A stretch of DNA of 64,000 nt, from assembly GCF_018350175.1 (NCBI RefSeq), contig NC_058368.1, forward strand, positions 206,958,001-207,022,000, in the 5' to 3' direction. Source of the DNA: Felis catus. Lineage: Eukaryota. The translations under genes and the position numbers were made by a program. Shown in pieces: positions 48,652 to 62,958 of the stretch. The notes under the pieces are model-generated. The model did not search any database and had not been told where the DNA came from. It worked only from the letters and a program-made list of their open reading frames with translations. Position 1 is the first letter of the stretch. The number at the start of each line of letters is the position of its first letter.

Positions 48652-49735
48652 GGGGAGTGGTTATCCATCTTCCTTTAGCTGGCTACTTTCCTTATCCTTA
48701 GCTCTGCTTTTCTGGTGGCCCAATAAATAGAGGCCCTTTCCTCGGAGTCCCATTGTCACTATTGGTGCCCTCTTAGACAGCATTTAAATTGGCTCCAGAC
48801 TGGTTTATCCTCAGCTGGGTGGCTCCACATCTGGTTTATGGAAATTAGTCATGCATCCTTGCCTTACAAATATGGGGACTGTGGACTGCCCAGTGTAACT
48901 ACCTCTCCTTTCCTTCTCCTGCTAGAGCTTCTAGCCACCATTGCTTCCTTGTGCTAACTTTTATGACAGGTTTAACAAAAGCTGCAACACCGCCTAGCTG
49001 CAGGGGGCACATAGCAAGTTCCCTGAGAAATCTCATTGAAACCCTTCTCTCTTGCAGCCAAGGGGGAAGCACACCAAACTCCCCTCCTTTTCTGGTCAGA
49101 GCACAGCTGTCTTTCAAGAACTCCTTCTCACATAGCTCATCAATCTTTTTTCCGGCCTCAGTCTGAATAACTTTTATATCCTCAGCTGGACAAGGTCTTT
49201 AAGTTGCTCTTCGCCACCCTTTATGGAAATGTCTGAATGCCAATCTGTCTCCCATCTCATTTCAACAATTGAAATCTATTGTTTTTGGGTCTCAGACACA
49301 ATGTCATTTTAATATCCAGTTAGACGTGTTTCCCATAATGCTAGTGCATCGGAACAATATAAGGAAATAGCAAGAAAATGGGTTTTACAACACTGACCAA
49401 ATAAAACTTTGAAAATGTGATTTCAAAGAAAGGTACTAGAGGGCAGACTCGTTATTAGCCACTCAAGGTTTGCATCATTGTGATCCCATGTGGTGACTTC
49501 CAGCTGATTGGTTGATAACACAAATCAAATACCCTTGGCAGGTTTGAGAAAATATAATTGTGTGTGTGTTGGGGACTGGAGGAAGTCTTGTAACATTGTT
49601 ATAATCCAGAAGAGTATTAAAATACTATTGTAAGCAGCCTAAAAATGATAAGGATAGAAATATCCTTATATTTTATATATCCTTATATAAAAGATAAATC
49701 CACATGATTGATACCTTTAAAAAGTAATACATTTT

Positions 49736-49868
49736 GGGGCACCTGGGTAGCTCATAGGTTAAGCAGCCAACTCTTGATCTCAGCTCACATCTTGATCTCG
49801 GGGTCATGAGTTCAAGCCCCACACTGGGCTCTGCGCTGGATGTGAAGCCCACTTAAAAAAATTTTTTT
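49736..49868 (+). mobile_element. Short old CanSINE lacking the CT linker
   Basis: tRNA-like head followed directly by an A tail; flanks aaagtaatacat/aaggtaattcat. Confidence 0.85.
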
Positions 49869-51206
49869 AAGGTAATTCATCTAATTATTGCATTTATATA
49901 TGTTTTGCCTGCTATTTTAAGTGTTCAAGAGAAATTAAATTTTCAGGTTTTTTAAAGGATGTTTTCAGTAGATACTGCCAGCTTTTTAAAGAGATTATAC
50001 TCTGCCTCTCAATAAAGTAAGCAGCAAATAATTTGCAACCATTTTTAATCTACCACATTAACTACATGAACTTTCCCCCCAGAGATGCTTTCTAAATTTT
50101 TGAATGTCTTAAAAGATTATTTTTCTACATGAAAACTATTTTATATAAAAAAGTTTAACAGATTGATCATTAATTGCGTTGCAAACAATGGTTAGTATAC
50201 CTCTTGACAACATAAAAGCGCCAAAGACATTAAATAATTTTAGCATCAGTTAAAATGATTAATTCTACATAGAAGAAAGTAAAATACAAAGACATAAAAT
50301 TATATGAATGAAACACCAGGAAGCCACTGGAAGGGCCATGTCACTATTAGGTAACCTTTTTAAGAATGATGTGTGGGAGACACTGTTCTAAGTGCTTTGT
50401 CCGGATTGACTCACTTGTTCTTCGTAACACCCAACGAGGTATGTTCTATTATTGTTTGGACAATGGCATAATTGTACAATTGTATATTTACAATTGCGAG
50501 GAAATGAAAAGTTGGCCTAAATAAATTGCCCAAAGTCAAAAGATTAAAAATGACTGACTTCAATCCAGGGTTCTGGGACTAAGCCACAAAGTGGAACCTG
50601 GATCCTTACAGCTCTGTTTTGAACAAAGATTGCCTTGTATGCTCTCCTGTATGGCAGGAACAGGATTAAGGAAGTTTCTGCTTTGTGTGTGTTTTTAAAC
50701 ATTGACTTTTCCTACCCGTATGTGGGTACTTTCTTCCAGTTCCTTCTTATGAGTAAGAGACACTGAAGTTTTTCGGTGCTTTCAATCATATCCTGTACTT
50801 TTTTAGCTTAAATTTATAAAATTTAGAAATCATTAAATAGAAAAAATAATCACCCATCATTTCACTTTCAAGAGTCAATTGTTATTAATATCCTCAACTG
50901 TTTATTGCCTGTACTCTACATATTTTCTATATTGTTTGCACTGCATTTACCATTTTGTGACCTGCTTTGTATTTTTGTTTACCATATAATAAACATGTTC
51001 TAATGCTATCAAAAATGTTTTAAACATCGTATTAAAAATTTTATATTAAAAAAATTTCAAACATACACAAAATAGGATAGTAAAGTGAACTCCATGTATC
51101 CATTAAGCAGCATCAAAATAGCTAATAATTCCTCTGAAACTATTCCTACTTCCCTCTGCTCCAATGACTGTATCATTTCATCTAAACATTACTATTTTAC
51201 TTTCTC

Positions 51207-51255
51207 TTTTTTTAATGTTTATTTATTTATTTTGAGGTGGGGGGAGGACGGGGGG

Positions 51256-51311
<56 letters not shown>

Positions 51312-51434
51312 TCCCAAGCAGGCTCCACACGGTCAGCACAGAGCCTGATGCAGGGTTTGATTCCACAGACTGAGATCATGACCTGAGCCGAAATCAAGAA
51401 TTGGAAACAACCGACTGAGCCACCCAGGTGCCCC
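51207..51434 (-). mobile_element. CanSINE with long (GA)n
   Basis: Ends 'gagccacccaggtgcccc'; flanking ttactttc. Confidence 0.93.
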
Positions 51435-53230
51435 TAACTATTACTTTCAATATTTGAATGTTATTCAATCTTGTCATGAGCCATAGTCTGCTTATATAAG
51501 AAATTCTAGTTACAATTGAAATCTCATCGCCGTATTCCTGACTAGATTATCCACTCTGTTCTATGATTACATTAAGAAGAAAAAAACCTATCTATGCTCT
51601 CATATGAACATCTGTGCCATATAAAACTTTCTCTAATTAACTTCCATGCCACTGAATCCTCAACACAATTCTCTAATATATATGTGACACATTTACATAA
51701 CAAAGACATCAGGTTAATGAAAAAGCATGGCTTTTTAATCACTTTTAAAGCCATAAAGTCACAACCAGTGACTTTGAATACACATGATAAATTGTAGAAA
51801 GACATAATTGAGGGTCCTGAGGCAAGCATTAAAAAGTGCACACACCTTTCATCTTAGAATATTAATGGCTCTGAGCTATAAAATCTTTCTTTTCATTATA
51901 GACTCCCATTTGTTTTAACACTTCCATTGGCCCTCTCCTTTGCCTCAAATACCATTTACAACCTGATTTATATTTTCTGTGCACATAATGAAGCTAGTGA
52001 AGAATGCTTGCCTCCAAGTACTGCCTCAGAGGCCTTGCTACAATTCTCTCTATAATCTTTACATCAGCAAAAATAACTCAGGGGGAGTAAAAAGTCTCTG
52101 TGACAAGAACTAAGGATTGTTTATGAGGTAAGAGAATGTCTTAGAGCCAAATGCAAGGACATCAGGTTATGTGACCACAGGCAAAACTCTGTCAATAATT
52201 CCATTTAAAAACCCATTTCTAAAGGGTTTACAGCTCTGCTGATTCAGTTACCATGGGCCCCAATCAGACTTAAAAAATTGTGATCTTAAATTACATTTGC
52301 CAATCCATTTGGGTTGAGGACTTAAAAAGGACAAAAATAAAGTATTTTTCTCTGGAGCATATTTACTCTTTCTATATTAATTACTTTTTCTGCAAATATG
52401 TTCTCATTCTGCAGTTGAGATATAAATTAGGAACTATTTTTGTATTGTTGGCTCATTTTGCATTTTATTCTCATCCTTTCTGTCTCTGTAGTCCACTGAG
52501 CACATGGATGTTATAACTGCACTCATGTCCCATGTATTCACCATGTTATTTGCTTCCTATGGCTTTTATTAATACAAAATATTTGTTTCCATTTATTGAA
52601 TGCTCACCATGTATCAGGCATTTTGCAAACTTTACCTCAAATCTTCACCCCGCAGCCGTGCAAGTAGATGTTACTACTCCTTATGACAGGTAAGCTATCT
52701 GAACATCAGAAAGATGAAGAAACTTTCCTGTGGACACCCAGGTGCTTGGGTTGGGGAAGAACATAATTATCTTTGAATACAGAGTCCACCTATTCCTGAG
52801 TATTTTCTGAATCAGTGAGAGAAGTATCTTGCTCTAATAATGTTCATGTCTTTATCATCTTGACTATTGGTATAATAAAATGCTATTAATTTCAGTTATC
52901 ATTGACCTCTTTGGCAAATTTATAATTCAACTAAAGTACATTAAACTGTCTTTATTTACAGATGCATAAAAATTAAGTTTAGAAGCATCTTTAAAAACTA
53001 GTTTAGACCACTGCAGAAAACAAGTTTTCTTATTCTTTAAACATTTTGTTTCTAAGTCTAGAATATTCCATGTCTTTGTCCTCTGCCAGAAGACATGGAA
53101 CTTAGCAACTGCCATCTGAACTCTCCCAACCCATCTTCCATGTCTAGAAAATTAATTCTAATTTTACAGAAGCAAAAAGAATTTTAGCTTCATGCTAATT
53201 AACTATTGCTTTTTAAAAACTATTTCACTT

Positions 53231-53446
53231 GGGGCGCCTGGGTGGCTAAGTTGGTTGAGCGACCAACTTCTGCTCAGGTCATGATCTCACAGTTTGTGGA
53301 TTTGAGCCCTGAGTGGGGCTGTATGCTGACAGCTCTGAGCCTGGAGCCTGCTTCGGGTTCTGTGTCTCCCTCTCTCTCTCTCTGCCCCTCCCCCACTCAT
53401 GCTGTGTCTCTGTCTCAGAAATAAATAAACATTAAAAAAAATTTTA
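53231..53446 (+). mobile_element. CanSINE
   Basis: Perfect TSD aaaaactatttcactt at 53215-53230 and 53447-53462. Confidence 0.96.
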
Positions 53447-53469
53447 AAAAACTATTTCACTTAACCTTT

Positions 53470-54650
53470 GCTTCATGCATTTTTCTCTGTTTGGGTTCGT
53501 GGTTCTTGCCAAAGTACTTCCTCTAATGGTTCTTTTTGGTAGGGCTCTCTGGGCATCAAAATCCTTCAGTCTCTTTATGTCTGGAATTTCTTGATTTTTG
53601 TCATGAGAAGTTTGAACTAGTTGTAGGAATCTAGGCTGACAGCTGTTTTCCCTCAACATTTATTGTTGCTGTCTAAGTGCCCTTTCTTTATAGGTGAAAA
53701 TTTCTTTGTTGGGAAATACTAGTCCAGGGGTAACTTTACTAGTTTTTTCTTTGATGTTCTGAAATGTCACTGTGTTTAGATGTAAGTTTATTCTGTTTAT
53801 GCTTCTTGGCATTCGATACTCATATTCTACCTGAGGAAACATCATTTTAAAATTCCAAAACACACTAAATAAATGTTTCTTTTAATATTGCCTTCTTATC
53901 AACTTTCCTTTTCTCAAAATCTAGAATTCCTCTTGGGCATTTGTGGCTACTTCTCATTCTGGCCTCCATGTCTGTGTCTTAACTCTGCTTTCAAATATTA
54001 AACAAGCATTTATATCTCTCTGTATTATTTTTAGTAGTATCATTTGGCTTACTAATTATCTCTTTATCTCTCTAGTTTATTTTTTTGTCCATTGACTTCT
54101 TTTATTTCAGCATCAAAAATATTTTTTATTCCCAGGGTTTCAAATTGGTTCTTCTTCTTGTTGTTTTTGGTTTTTTTTTTTTTAATTTTTTTTTTCAACG
54201 TTTATTTATTTTTGGGACAGAGAGAGACAGAGCATGAACGGGGGAGGGGCAGAGAGAGAGGGAGACACAGAATCGGAAACAGGCTCCAGGCTCTGAGCCA
54301 TCAGCCCAGAGCCTGACGCGGGGCTCGAACTCACGGACCGCGAGATCGTGACCTGGCTGAAGTCGGAGGCTCAACCGACTGCGCCACCCAGGCACCGCAT
54401 TGTTGTTTTTGATTCATAGCCTCCTGCTTTTCCTGTTACAAATAAATATAGGACATTTTTAGGTCTCTGTTAATATACCACATATGTATAGTTTTTAGAC
54501 TTCCATGGTATTTCTCATTTCTCAGGAGTAAATTTTCTGTTTGTAAAATGTATAACCTATCTTTCATGACCTTGATTTGCCTCAGGTAGTATGGGATTTT
54601 AGTTTGCAAGATTGTTCCAGGTCTTTCTTTTTAACCCTTTATTTCTGTAC
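53470..54650 (-). mobile_element. Ancient L1ME/HAL1-like ORF1 remnant
   Basis: ORF 53444-53659 begins 'LRENSCQPRFL', homologous to the ORF1p motif seen as 'LNQKNMQPRIL' in the ORF1 of this window. Confidence 0.55.
54171..54398 (-). mobile_element. Young CanSINE (CpG-rich felid subfamily)
   Basis: TSD ttgttgtttttg at 54158-54169 and 54400-54411. Confidence 0.96.
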
Positions 54651-56383
54651 CTATTTCTCCACATCTACTGGCTTTTCAGTTGTTTCTACTCAGCCACCTT
54701 CAGGTGCAGGTGTTAGGTGGGTGATCTGACTGGGAATCTTTGTTTCCTCCCCCACCAGATCCTCTTTCTACCTCTTCTAACAATGGTCCACTGAGATAAT
54801 GATTTTGGTTTTGAGTCTGATTATATCTTTTAACTATCTAAACAAAATAAAGATATATTTAATACTTTTTAAAGATTTAACCTATTAGATCATCTTTTAT
54901 AAATTGAAACAAAAACTCACAAACAATCTTGAACAGAAATTTTACAGTGACATTCATTGGAATCATAAGATCACAAGAAACCTATCATTTTATAAAAAAA
55001 TAAAGTTCAAATTCAGAAAGGACAAGGAACTTACACAATGCCACACATTTGGTGAGTGGAATATAGAAAACTATGAATCAATTCTCTGGACTTCTCACTT
55101 CTCTACCCCACTTTCCTAATCCTCCTCGTACAAAATGCTCATTGACCTCTGCAAATAAAGGCTGATATTATTTTCATTGGAAGAAACAGTTGTCTTAAAA
55201 TACCTCCAATTATAGATTAATGGTGGCCCATAAGGCCAATCTGGCCTGTACATATATTTGTTTGGTTCACATAGACTTAGTATTCTACATGGTTTCTACT
55301 ACTAAAAGTGAGAGATAATAATAAGAAAAAAAATACAGACTGCAACACTTGACTAGTGTAGGCCACAGTCTAGCCTGACAATAATTACACAGAGATGAGT
55401 AACTACTGAGTCCATCTGGATGAAGTACTGTTACTTCACCAGTCCCTATCCAGTTGCCTGGTTGTTTCATACTTCTCTCCTCCCTCGAGTTAGTGACCCA
55501 TGACAGGGGTGGCGGGGAGTAGCAGTAGGCACAGGAGTTCTGCAGAGTTAGGGTTTGGGCACAAGCAGATGCCAAAGAGTTTAAGGGCCAGACAAAGGGA
55601 GAACAGAGAATGCTGATGGTGTGTTTCACTTTTTTTCTAATGGCCCTGGGCACTCACCCTAAAGTCTTTGCTCTACCAGGAGGCAGCATGAGGTCTCTGT
55701 CATCTCCCTGCTCCTTTCCCATGAAGGCACAAGTACTTGTGGGTCTCAGGGTCTCTCTAAAACTGGGTTCTGGGGCTAAGACAAACTACCTTGAGCCTGA
55801 AGGACCTCCTCATCTGCCATCTGTATCCCATATTTCAATGGAGGTAAATTGAGTGGTAAGTGTTAGAGGAATTATAATGCACATCAGGCAGCAGCTAGAA
55901 AAATACCATTCCTGGGGCAGCTGTTTAAAGAACTGCCCTGTTTGTTATAGAACTGATCAACAAAAATAATTCTAAGATGATTATTTCATCTTCGAGCATG
56001 TGCAGCTTTTCTTAAGACCTTACAATTACTAATCTATTCTCTACATTTCCATTTGTGCAATCCTGGTCATACATTCAGATTCTGAATGCCGTGAGCCAAA
56101 CTGAATAGTTACTTGAGTTTTCTGTTTCCTGGCTATATTTAGCTCATTATCTTGGAAATCGCCAGTCTGAATTATAGTATATTTGTGTATTTGTACACAT
56201 AAACACAGAGATAAAGTTCCACTGACATCCAGTAATATTCCTCAGAGAGTGCCCAGATAACATGGAGTATTTGCAGAGGAAGTTTTCTTCATGGCCTTTG
56301 CACTGCACTGCCAACTATGTTAAAGTCCCCTCCGTTTGCTCTTATGGTATCTTATGCTGGCAACCATTGTGGTGCTCACCAAA

Positions 56384-56737
56384 TGTATTAGTTACCTAGG
56401 GCTGCTGTGAAAAAAAAATACCGTACACGTGGTTCTTCAACAACAGTTCCAGAGATTGGGAGACCAAGACCAAGGTGTTTGGAGGTTTGGATTCCACCGA
56501 AGCCTTTGGCTTTGTAGATGGTCATCTTGCTGTGTCCTCACATAGCATATTCTCTGTGTTCATGCATCCCTGGTGTCTCTCTGTGTGTCCAAGTTTTCTC
56601 CTTTTGTAATGATACGGTTGTACTAGGGATCGCCTTAACCGTCTTTTAAATCACTTTTTAAAGACCCAGTTGGGTCTTAGGGGGTCAGGACTTCAACATA
56701 TGAATTTGGGGCATGGCACACAACTCAGTCCATAACA
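56384..56737 (-). mobile_element. MaLR solo LTR (MLT1B-like)
   Basis: TG...CA ends ('tgtattagttacctagggctgctg' ... 'ctcagtccataaca'); 5-bp flanks ccaaa/ccaag. Confidence 0.8.
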
Positions 56738-57044
56738 CCAAGCCTATTTTATTTGTCCACTTGATCTCTTTCCCACTGAAAATGAAGGCAGCAGTCGTGT
56801 CATACTTATCTTTGTGTACCTTATATCTGTCACTTTTGATTTAAAAAAAATATAGAACTGAACAAGCTCAAAAATATGACTAGGATGTTTTGTTGCTTTT
56901 AAAGAAGTTTTATCTGTTCTCACATATTTGTTTGGGAATGATAGGTGTCCGAGGGACTTACCTACAACTATATTACTCTTACAAAGAAATTCCAAATCTA
57001 GCCATATATTCAGAGATAGGTAAGGGGTATACTTTTCTATTTTA

Positions 57045-57258
57045 ATGTTTATTTATTTTTGAGAGAGAGAGAGAGGGAGAGACAGACAGAGGGCAAGCAG
57101 GGGAGGGGCAGAGAGAGAGGAAGATACAGAATCCAAAGTGGGCTCCAGGCTCTGAGCTGTCACCACAGAACTGGACGTGGGGCTCAAACTCACAAACAGT
57201 GAGATCATGACCTAAGCCGAAGTGGGATCCTCAACTGACTGAGCCACCCAGGCGTCCC
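57045..57258 (-). mobile_element. CanSINE
   Basis: TSD atac(t/a)tttctatttta at 57029-57044 and 57259-57274. Confidence 0.95.
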
Positions 57259-58689
57259 ATACATTTCTATTTTAAATGAATGGGGGGAAAATAACACAAG
57301 GAAAGAAATCAGGAGAGAACATGGTAGGATAAATATATATTGGGAGAGGTTGTCACCTAATATATATTGGTTTCCATGTCAGATAAAATAAGCCATTGTC
57401 TATACCTTCATAGGACTCATAACTAACTTAGGAACAAATATGTTCAAATGCCTGGGAATTTGTAGGGATAAAATGTGGACAAAATTGTATCAATGTGTAG
57501 GGGCTAGCAAGTGCTGCAGTGATTAACAGAGACCAAATTCCATTGTGGTCTAAAAAAACGCTTGTGGGATTTGGTGACCAAAAGTTGTGACTTCATTGAG
57601 GACACAAGGTTAGAGTTGGGTCTTTAAGGATAAAGGGGGAAAAGCAGCATAATTTCAGTGGTTGGTTCCAAAATTTGGAAATCAAGGATGGGGAAATTAT
57701 CAGGAGGCAGTTGAAAAAGAAAAACCAGCATAGTTTTCATAGCCCAAATCTTGAAATTATTTTATTGACTAACATACTGCCTTTTAAAAAATGTTCTTTC
57801 GACTCTGAACAATGAACTCTCACAAACATTTCAATCCTAACATAATTTAAGTCTACCCAGCATAAGCCCAATGTTTTCAATGGATAAATAGCTAATTAGT
57901 CATAACAAAATGACTTATCCCTTTGTCTAGCTGGCATTGGAGTTGAAGTTCTGAGATTTGGGTCATGAATCATGAAATGATGGGTTCCTCCCCCAATAAT
58001 AAGCAGGAAAGAAAAAGGAAATATAGAAAAACACTTAAGATGTTTTAATGTCAGTAATCTATTCTAAGCTCATAGGAAAATTCCTGTTAGTTTAAAACAT
58101 GACAATTGGCAAAGTACTTTATGTCACTTTGTTCTATACACATTCCATGGCATTACTTAATTTTTTTTTATCTTTTTAGCTCTAGGTGTTGTTTCCAATT
58201 TTTCATGGTCTAAATGACAGTTTATATTGTCTTCAACAGAAAAATCAGCCCACACTTTAGGTAAACCTCTTGGAAAATACGTGTCTGTCCATTGATGTTG
58301 GCTGAGTTTCTTTCTTTTTCTTTTTTTCTGACTTGGCCTGATTTACGCTTTTCTCATGTTTATCTTAGGAGATATATGTCCTAGCACACAATGCAAACTA
58401 GGAGTACAGAGCATTTTAAACTAGTACCATTTGGCATTATTTTATAACAGATTATTTTGATTGCTTTGAATAGTGTATGAGGTATGCCGTGGAGCCAGGA
58501 TTTACCTTGATTTATTACAGTTTTTTTTTCAGCCTTTGTTATAGATGATCGTAGTTAAGATTATTCTAAATGTTTTACTAAAAGTGTATTGCAAACCAAT
58601 TAAGAGATAATTAGATTTTAGGTATTTACTATATGTTTTCATATAAGAAGTTGAAATCCCTTTCTTTTGAATGCTGCTCCTTGGCATGT

Positions 58690-59990
58690 TTGAACTCAGA
58701 GCCATTCCTTATTTTACCTCCCCTCTGACTCCCCACCCCATGCCCCGCTTTTGTCTTTTAAGGGGGGTCCAAGATGATCTTCTTCCTTCATCTGTTAGCA
58801 TCTGGATGGGTTTGGCCAGCAGCAGGCACTATCAGGAGATTGGAGGTGAGAGAAAGAAGAGTCCAAAACTTGCCTTTTCTTCCTTCCATTCCTTCTTTCT
58901 TTTTTTCTTTCTCCCTCCCTCCCTCCCTCCTTTCCTTTCTTTCCTTTCTTCATTCCTTCCTTCCTGTGTTTTTTTTTCAGTTTTAATTATTTTTGTGTGT
59001 GTATATGTTATTAATTTTTGTTATGAAAGTATGGTTGGCATGCAATGTTACAGCCCAAGACATTTCTTCACCTCTCTGTTTGTGTCAAACAAATATCCAT
59101 CCTTTCCTGTGTTCTCCCTGCCTCCACCTCCACCAAACAGGTCCTCCTAGCTTCCTCAAGGTGAGCCAAACTCTTCTGGGATCCAGTAACTCATTTATTA
59201 CCTCTGTCCCAGCCTGTGTGTAATGGTAGCTTCTGCTATTTCTAATCTCAGGGTTACCACATTTTCCTCTCGCTTGGAGTCTCAACTCTATCTGTTAAAT
59301 CAATGTCACTTCTGTTGCAGACTTTGAGTCTGGAGTTATCTCTTGTCCAGCAAGAGAGCATATGCAGAATTAAATGAGAGAGAGGCTAATGTCGAGGAGG
59401 AGACAAGAGCCTCAAGCAACCGTCCTTGTTCCATATTTATTAGGATCAGAAGGCTTACAGACATGATGGGCATGCAGAAAGGGACAATGAGACAGTGATC
59501 ACTAACTTTCTTTCGGTGTGAGAGAAAGGGGATTTTGAAGATATGCAGTGTCAGGGGTTTGTGTGAATACAAAACAAAATCCTGACACTGAGCTGATGGC
59601 TGTTTATGGCAGGCACCAGGCACCATGTCTGTTTATCTTAACTTGCGTAGGGGATAATACACAGAGCATGCTACCTCACGGTCAACAAGGCACCTTTCTT
59701 TTGCTAATTAGCTCCAGGCAATTAGCAAATAGTCTGCTGTGGCAGTCTATCACCCTGTCTACCTGTTTACCTATTCTGGACACTTCTGTCCAGCAGAAGC
59801 AGCTTCCCACTCTTATGCTCTTGTTCTATACTGGGAAGGTTTTCGCCCTGTTTACCTATTCTGGATGCTTTCGTCCTAAGCCTTGTTAACCCATTGGTGC
59901 AAGCTCAGGGAATTCCTAAACTTATCCCCCACAATTTCCATTTTAAATACTTGGAATGATTATCTTTTTCTGGTTGATCTTGACTAGTAC
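58690..59990. mobile_element. Old ERVL-class LTR (LTR33-like), interrupted by a (TTCC)n-like tract and probably a second LTR
   Basis: 'gggtttggccagcagcaggcactatcaggagattggagg' and 'ggtagcttctgctatttctaatctcagggtt'. Confidence 0.45.
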
Positions 59991-60369
59991 ATTCCATGTC
60001 TACTTTCTTTACCAGATGATTGATAAAATCACACTGCCTTTTACTTATTACATAATGAAATAAGTAATCACCATGGATAATGAAATATGTGTATTGCTCT
60101 CCTCATGGCACAGTGATCAGTGCTGTAGACGGAATGAGGGATAGGACTAGATTCAAGTGGTGAAAGGGTAAGATGGAAGGCGGAAATTTTGACACACATA
60201 TTGGGTTCTGAGTTCATAGATGGCTCAAAATATGCACCTTGTTGAATGAAGATACTAGTGAGGAGTGTTGGGGATATAACTTCTTTATTCGTTCACAGAA
60301 AATTATAGGCTCTAACCAGGGTATTTGCTAGGCACTAGGATGAGGTACTAGGAATGACTAGGAACATAC

Positions 60370-60650
60370 AAGATGCATGGGGGAACTGCATTCCTTCTGT
60401 AGGCTCTAAGAGAGAACTCACTCTTTGCCTTTTTCAGCTTCTGGAAGCTGCCTGTATTCCTTGGCTTATAAGCCCCTTCCATCTTCAAATCCAGCAATCA
60501 TATGTAAGACCTCTGCTTCTCTGACTGACTTTCCCCCTTTACCTCTTTTACTTATAAGAACACTTATGATTACATAGTCCCATCTGGATAATCCAGAATA
60601 ATCTCCCTATCTCAGAATCCTTAACTTAATCACATCTGCAATGTCTCTTT
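60370..60650 (-). mobile_element. MaLR LTR fragment (MLT1C/D-like)
   Basis: 'gcctttttcagcttctggaagctgcctgtattccttggct...ggataatccagaataatctccctatctcag'. Confidence 0.7.
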
Positions 60651-61788
60651 CTCTTTTTTTTTTTAAATAATTTTGTAGTTTTTATTAGATGAGGAGGTAT
60701 TTTGTTACTTTTAGAAAAAATGGAATCGACTAGGGTGTCTATAAAATAGATGATATACATAATCTATACATATCTTAACAATGGTACTTTTTAAAATAAT
60801 AAAATAATATAGAATATTCTATTTATAATAGCAGTAAAAATATAAAACAAACTTTGATGAACATAAATATGGAAAGCTTTTATGAAGAAAACTTAAAACT
60901 ATTATCAAGATGTTTATTATTTCTGTAATATATTAGCTTAGCATCATTCCATTAAAAATGACAAAAGCATCATTTATTTGATTGGGAAAAAAACCCTACA
61001 ACATGCAAAAATATCAGAGCCACTATAAAAAATAAAATGAAAGTCTTTTTGCCATTTTTTATTTTTAAAGAACCAGCATAAAACTACATGTATTAAAATA
61101 TGATCTTAGGTAAGAATACCCAGACAGATAAATGCAATATATTATATTCTGAAATATTATTGTAATTACGTTTGGAATTTGTTATGTGTTAAGAATTGTA
61201 AGTATTTTAAATTACTAAGAAATGGATAGGTTATTTAACAAGATTTCTGTAATAACTGGTTAGCACTTGGAGAAAAATAAGAATGCCTCTACTTAATTTT
61301 TAAAACTCAAAGTTCCATAGACAAAATAATTAAAACATTAAAAATTAAATCATGTAATAAAGAATGGTGAATGAATCTTTTGTAAACTTGGAATGGGAAG
61401 ACCTTTTAAAACAAAACCCATCAGGTTTCAAAACCAAGAAGCCATACAAGAAAATATTGGCTATTTGGACTATGCCCAAACTAGACTATCCCTTTAATAT
61501 ACGATACCACAGATAGCAAAAGGAAGATGAAAATTCGGGGAAATATTTTCAACACATTTGAAAAAGGCTGATTTCCTTAATAAAGAGATATCACAGTATA
61601 GGAAAAAAAAGGATTTATCAGAAATAGAATACCAATGACCAGTAACCATGAAAAAAAAGATTAACCTCTCTTATCATTCAAGATATGTAAATAAAAATGA
61701 TGATACAATTTTAATCATATTGGAACATTATAACATCTAAGTGACTATCAGAATGTTATAGCAAGTATCAGTTAAAGTTAAGAAGTCA

Positions 61789-61981
61789 GGGACTCCTGGA
61801 ACTCATTAGGTTAAATGTCTGACTCTTCCTTTTGGCTCAGGCATGATCTCAGAGCTCGTGGGCCCGAGAAAGTACAGCGCCTGCTTGGAATTCCCCCCTC
61901 CACTCACCTCTCTTTGCCCCTCCCTGCTTACTCTGTCTCTCAAAATAAATAAACAAACTTTAAAAAAATCAATATATACAT
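61789..61981 (+). mobile_element. CanSINE (older, internally deleted)
   Basis: Flanks ttaagaag(t/c)ca at 61778-61788 and 61982-61992. Confidence 0.85.
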
Positions 61982-62217
61982 TTAAGAAGCCAATACCCTC
62001 ACATACTATTGGTTAACATGTAATTGTACTGTCATTTGGGAGAACATGTAATCAGTACTATCGTTGGGATTATCCATCAAAAAAATTTTTTTGTAATATA
62101 AATCACTTTACCTTTCAATTCTACTCCGTAAATACATGACACATAATTTTCCAAAGGTATGTTATAGGTTTTTCCTTGCAATTTTATTTGAAGTATGTTT
62201 TAAAAGTGGAATGATTT

Positions 62218-62441
62218 GGGGCGCCTGGGTGGCGCAGTCGGTTAAGCGTCCGACTTCAGCCAGGTCACGATCTCGCGGTCCGGGAGTTCGAGCCCCGCGT
62301 CAGGCTCTGGGCTAATGGCTCCGAGCCTGGAGCCTGTTTCCGATTCTGTGTCTCCCTCTCTCTCTGCCCCTCCCCCGTTCATGCTTTGTCTCTCTCTGTC
62401 CCAAAAATAAATAAAAAACGTTGAAAAAAAAATTAAAAAAA
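62218..62441 (+). mobile_element. Young CanSINE (CpG-rich felid subfamily)
   Basis: Perfect TSD aaaagtggaatgattt at 62202-62217 and 62442-62457. Confidence 0.97.
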
Positions 62442-62653
62442 AAAAGTGGAATGATTTAAATGCCTATGAGTATGAAACTGGTTTAATAAAATTCATTAAT
62501 GTTATACAATTCTCATATTACAGTGTAAAACGAGAAAAAATATATGTTCTGAAATGGGGAGATTCCAAGATATATTGCAATTGAACACAAGAAAAGTAGC
62601 GTAATTTTATCACGAGAAATTATGAAAAGACAAAAGTAAATTTTTTTTTAATT

Positions 62654-62872
62654 AAAAAAACTTTTTTTTTACGTTTATTCATTTTTGAGAGACAGAGAGA
62701 CAGAGCACAAATGGGGGAGGGGCAGAGAAAGAGGGAAACACAGAATCCAAAGCAGGCTCCAGGCTTCGAGCTATCAACACAGAGCCCGACGTGGGGCTCG
62801 AACTGACAAACTGTGAGATCATGACCTGAGTCGAAATTGGATGCTCAACTGACTGAGACACCCGGGCGCCCC
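62654..62872 (-). mobile_element. CanSINE inserted in the tail of the next SINE
   Basis: Flanked by tttaatt at 62647-62653 and 62873-62879. Confidence 0.93.
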
Positions 62873-62879
62873 TTTAATT

Positions 62880-62905
62880 TTTTTTTAAAGTTTATTTATT
62901 TTTGA

Positions 62906-62958
<53 letters not shown>

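Larger units (their letters stand above)
60700..62620 (+). mobile_element. Ancient L1M ORF2/3' remnant
   Basis: A-rich, heavily decayed L1 ORF2-like blocks; interrupted by two SINEs. Confidence 0.55.
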
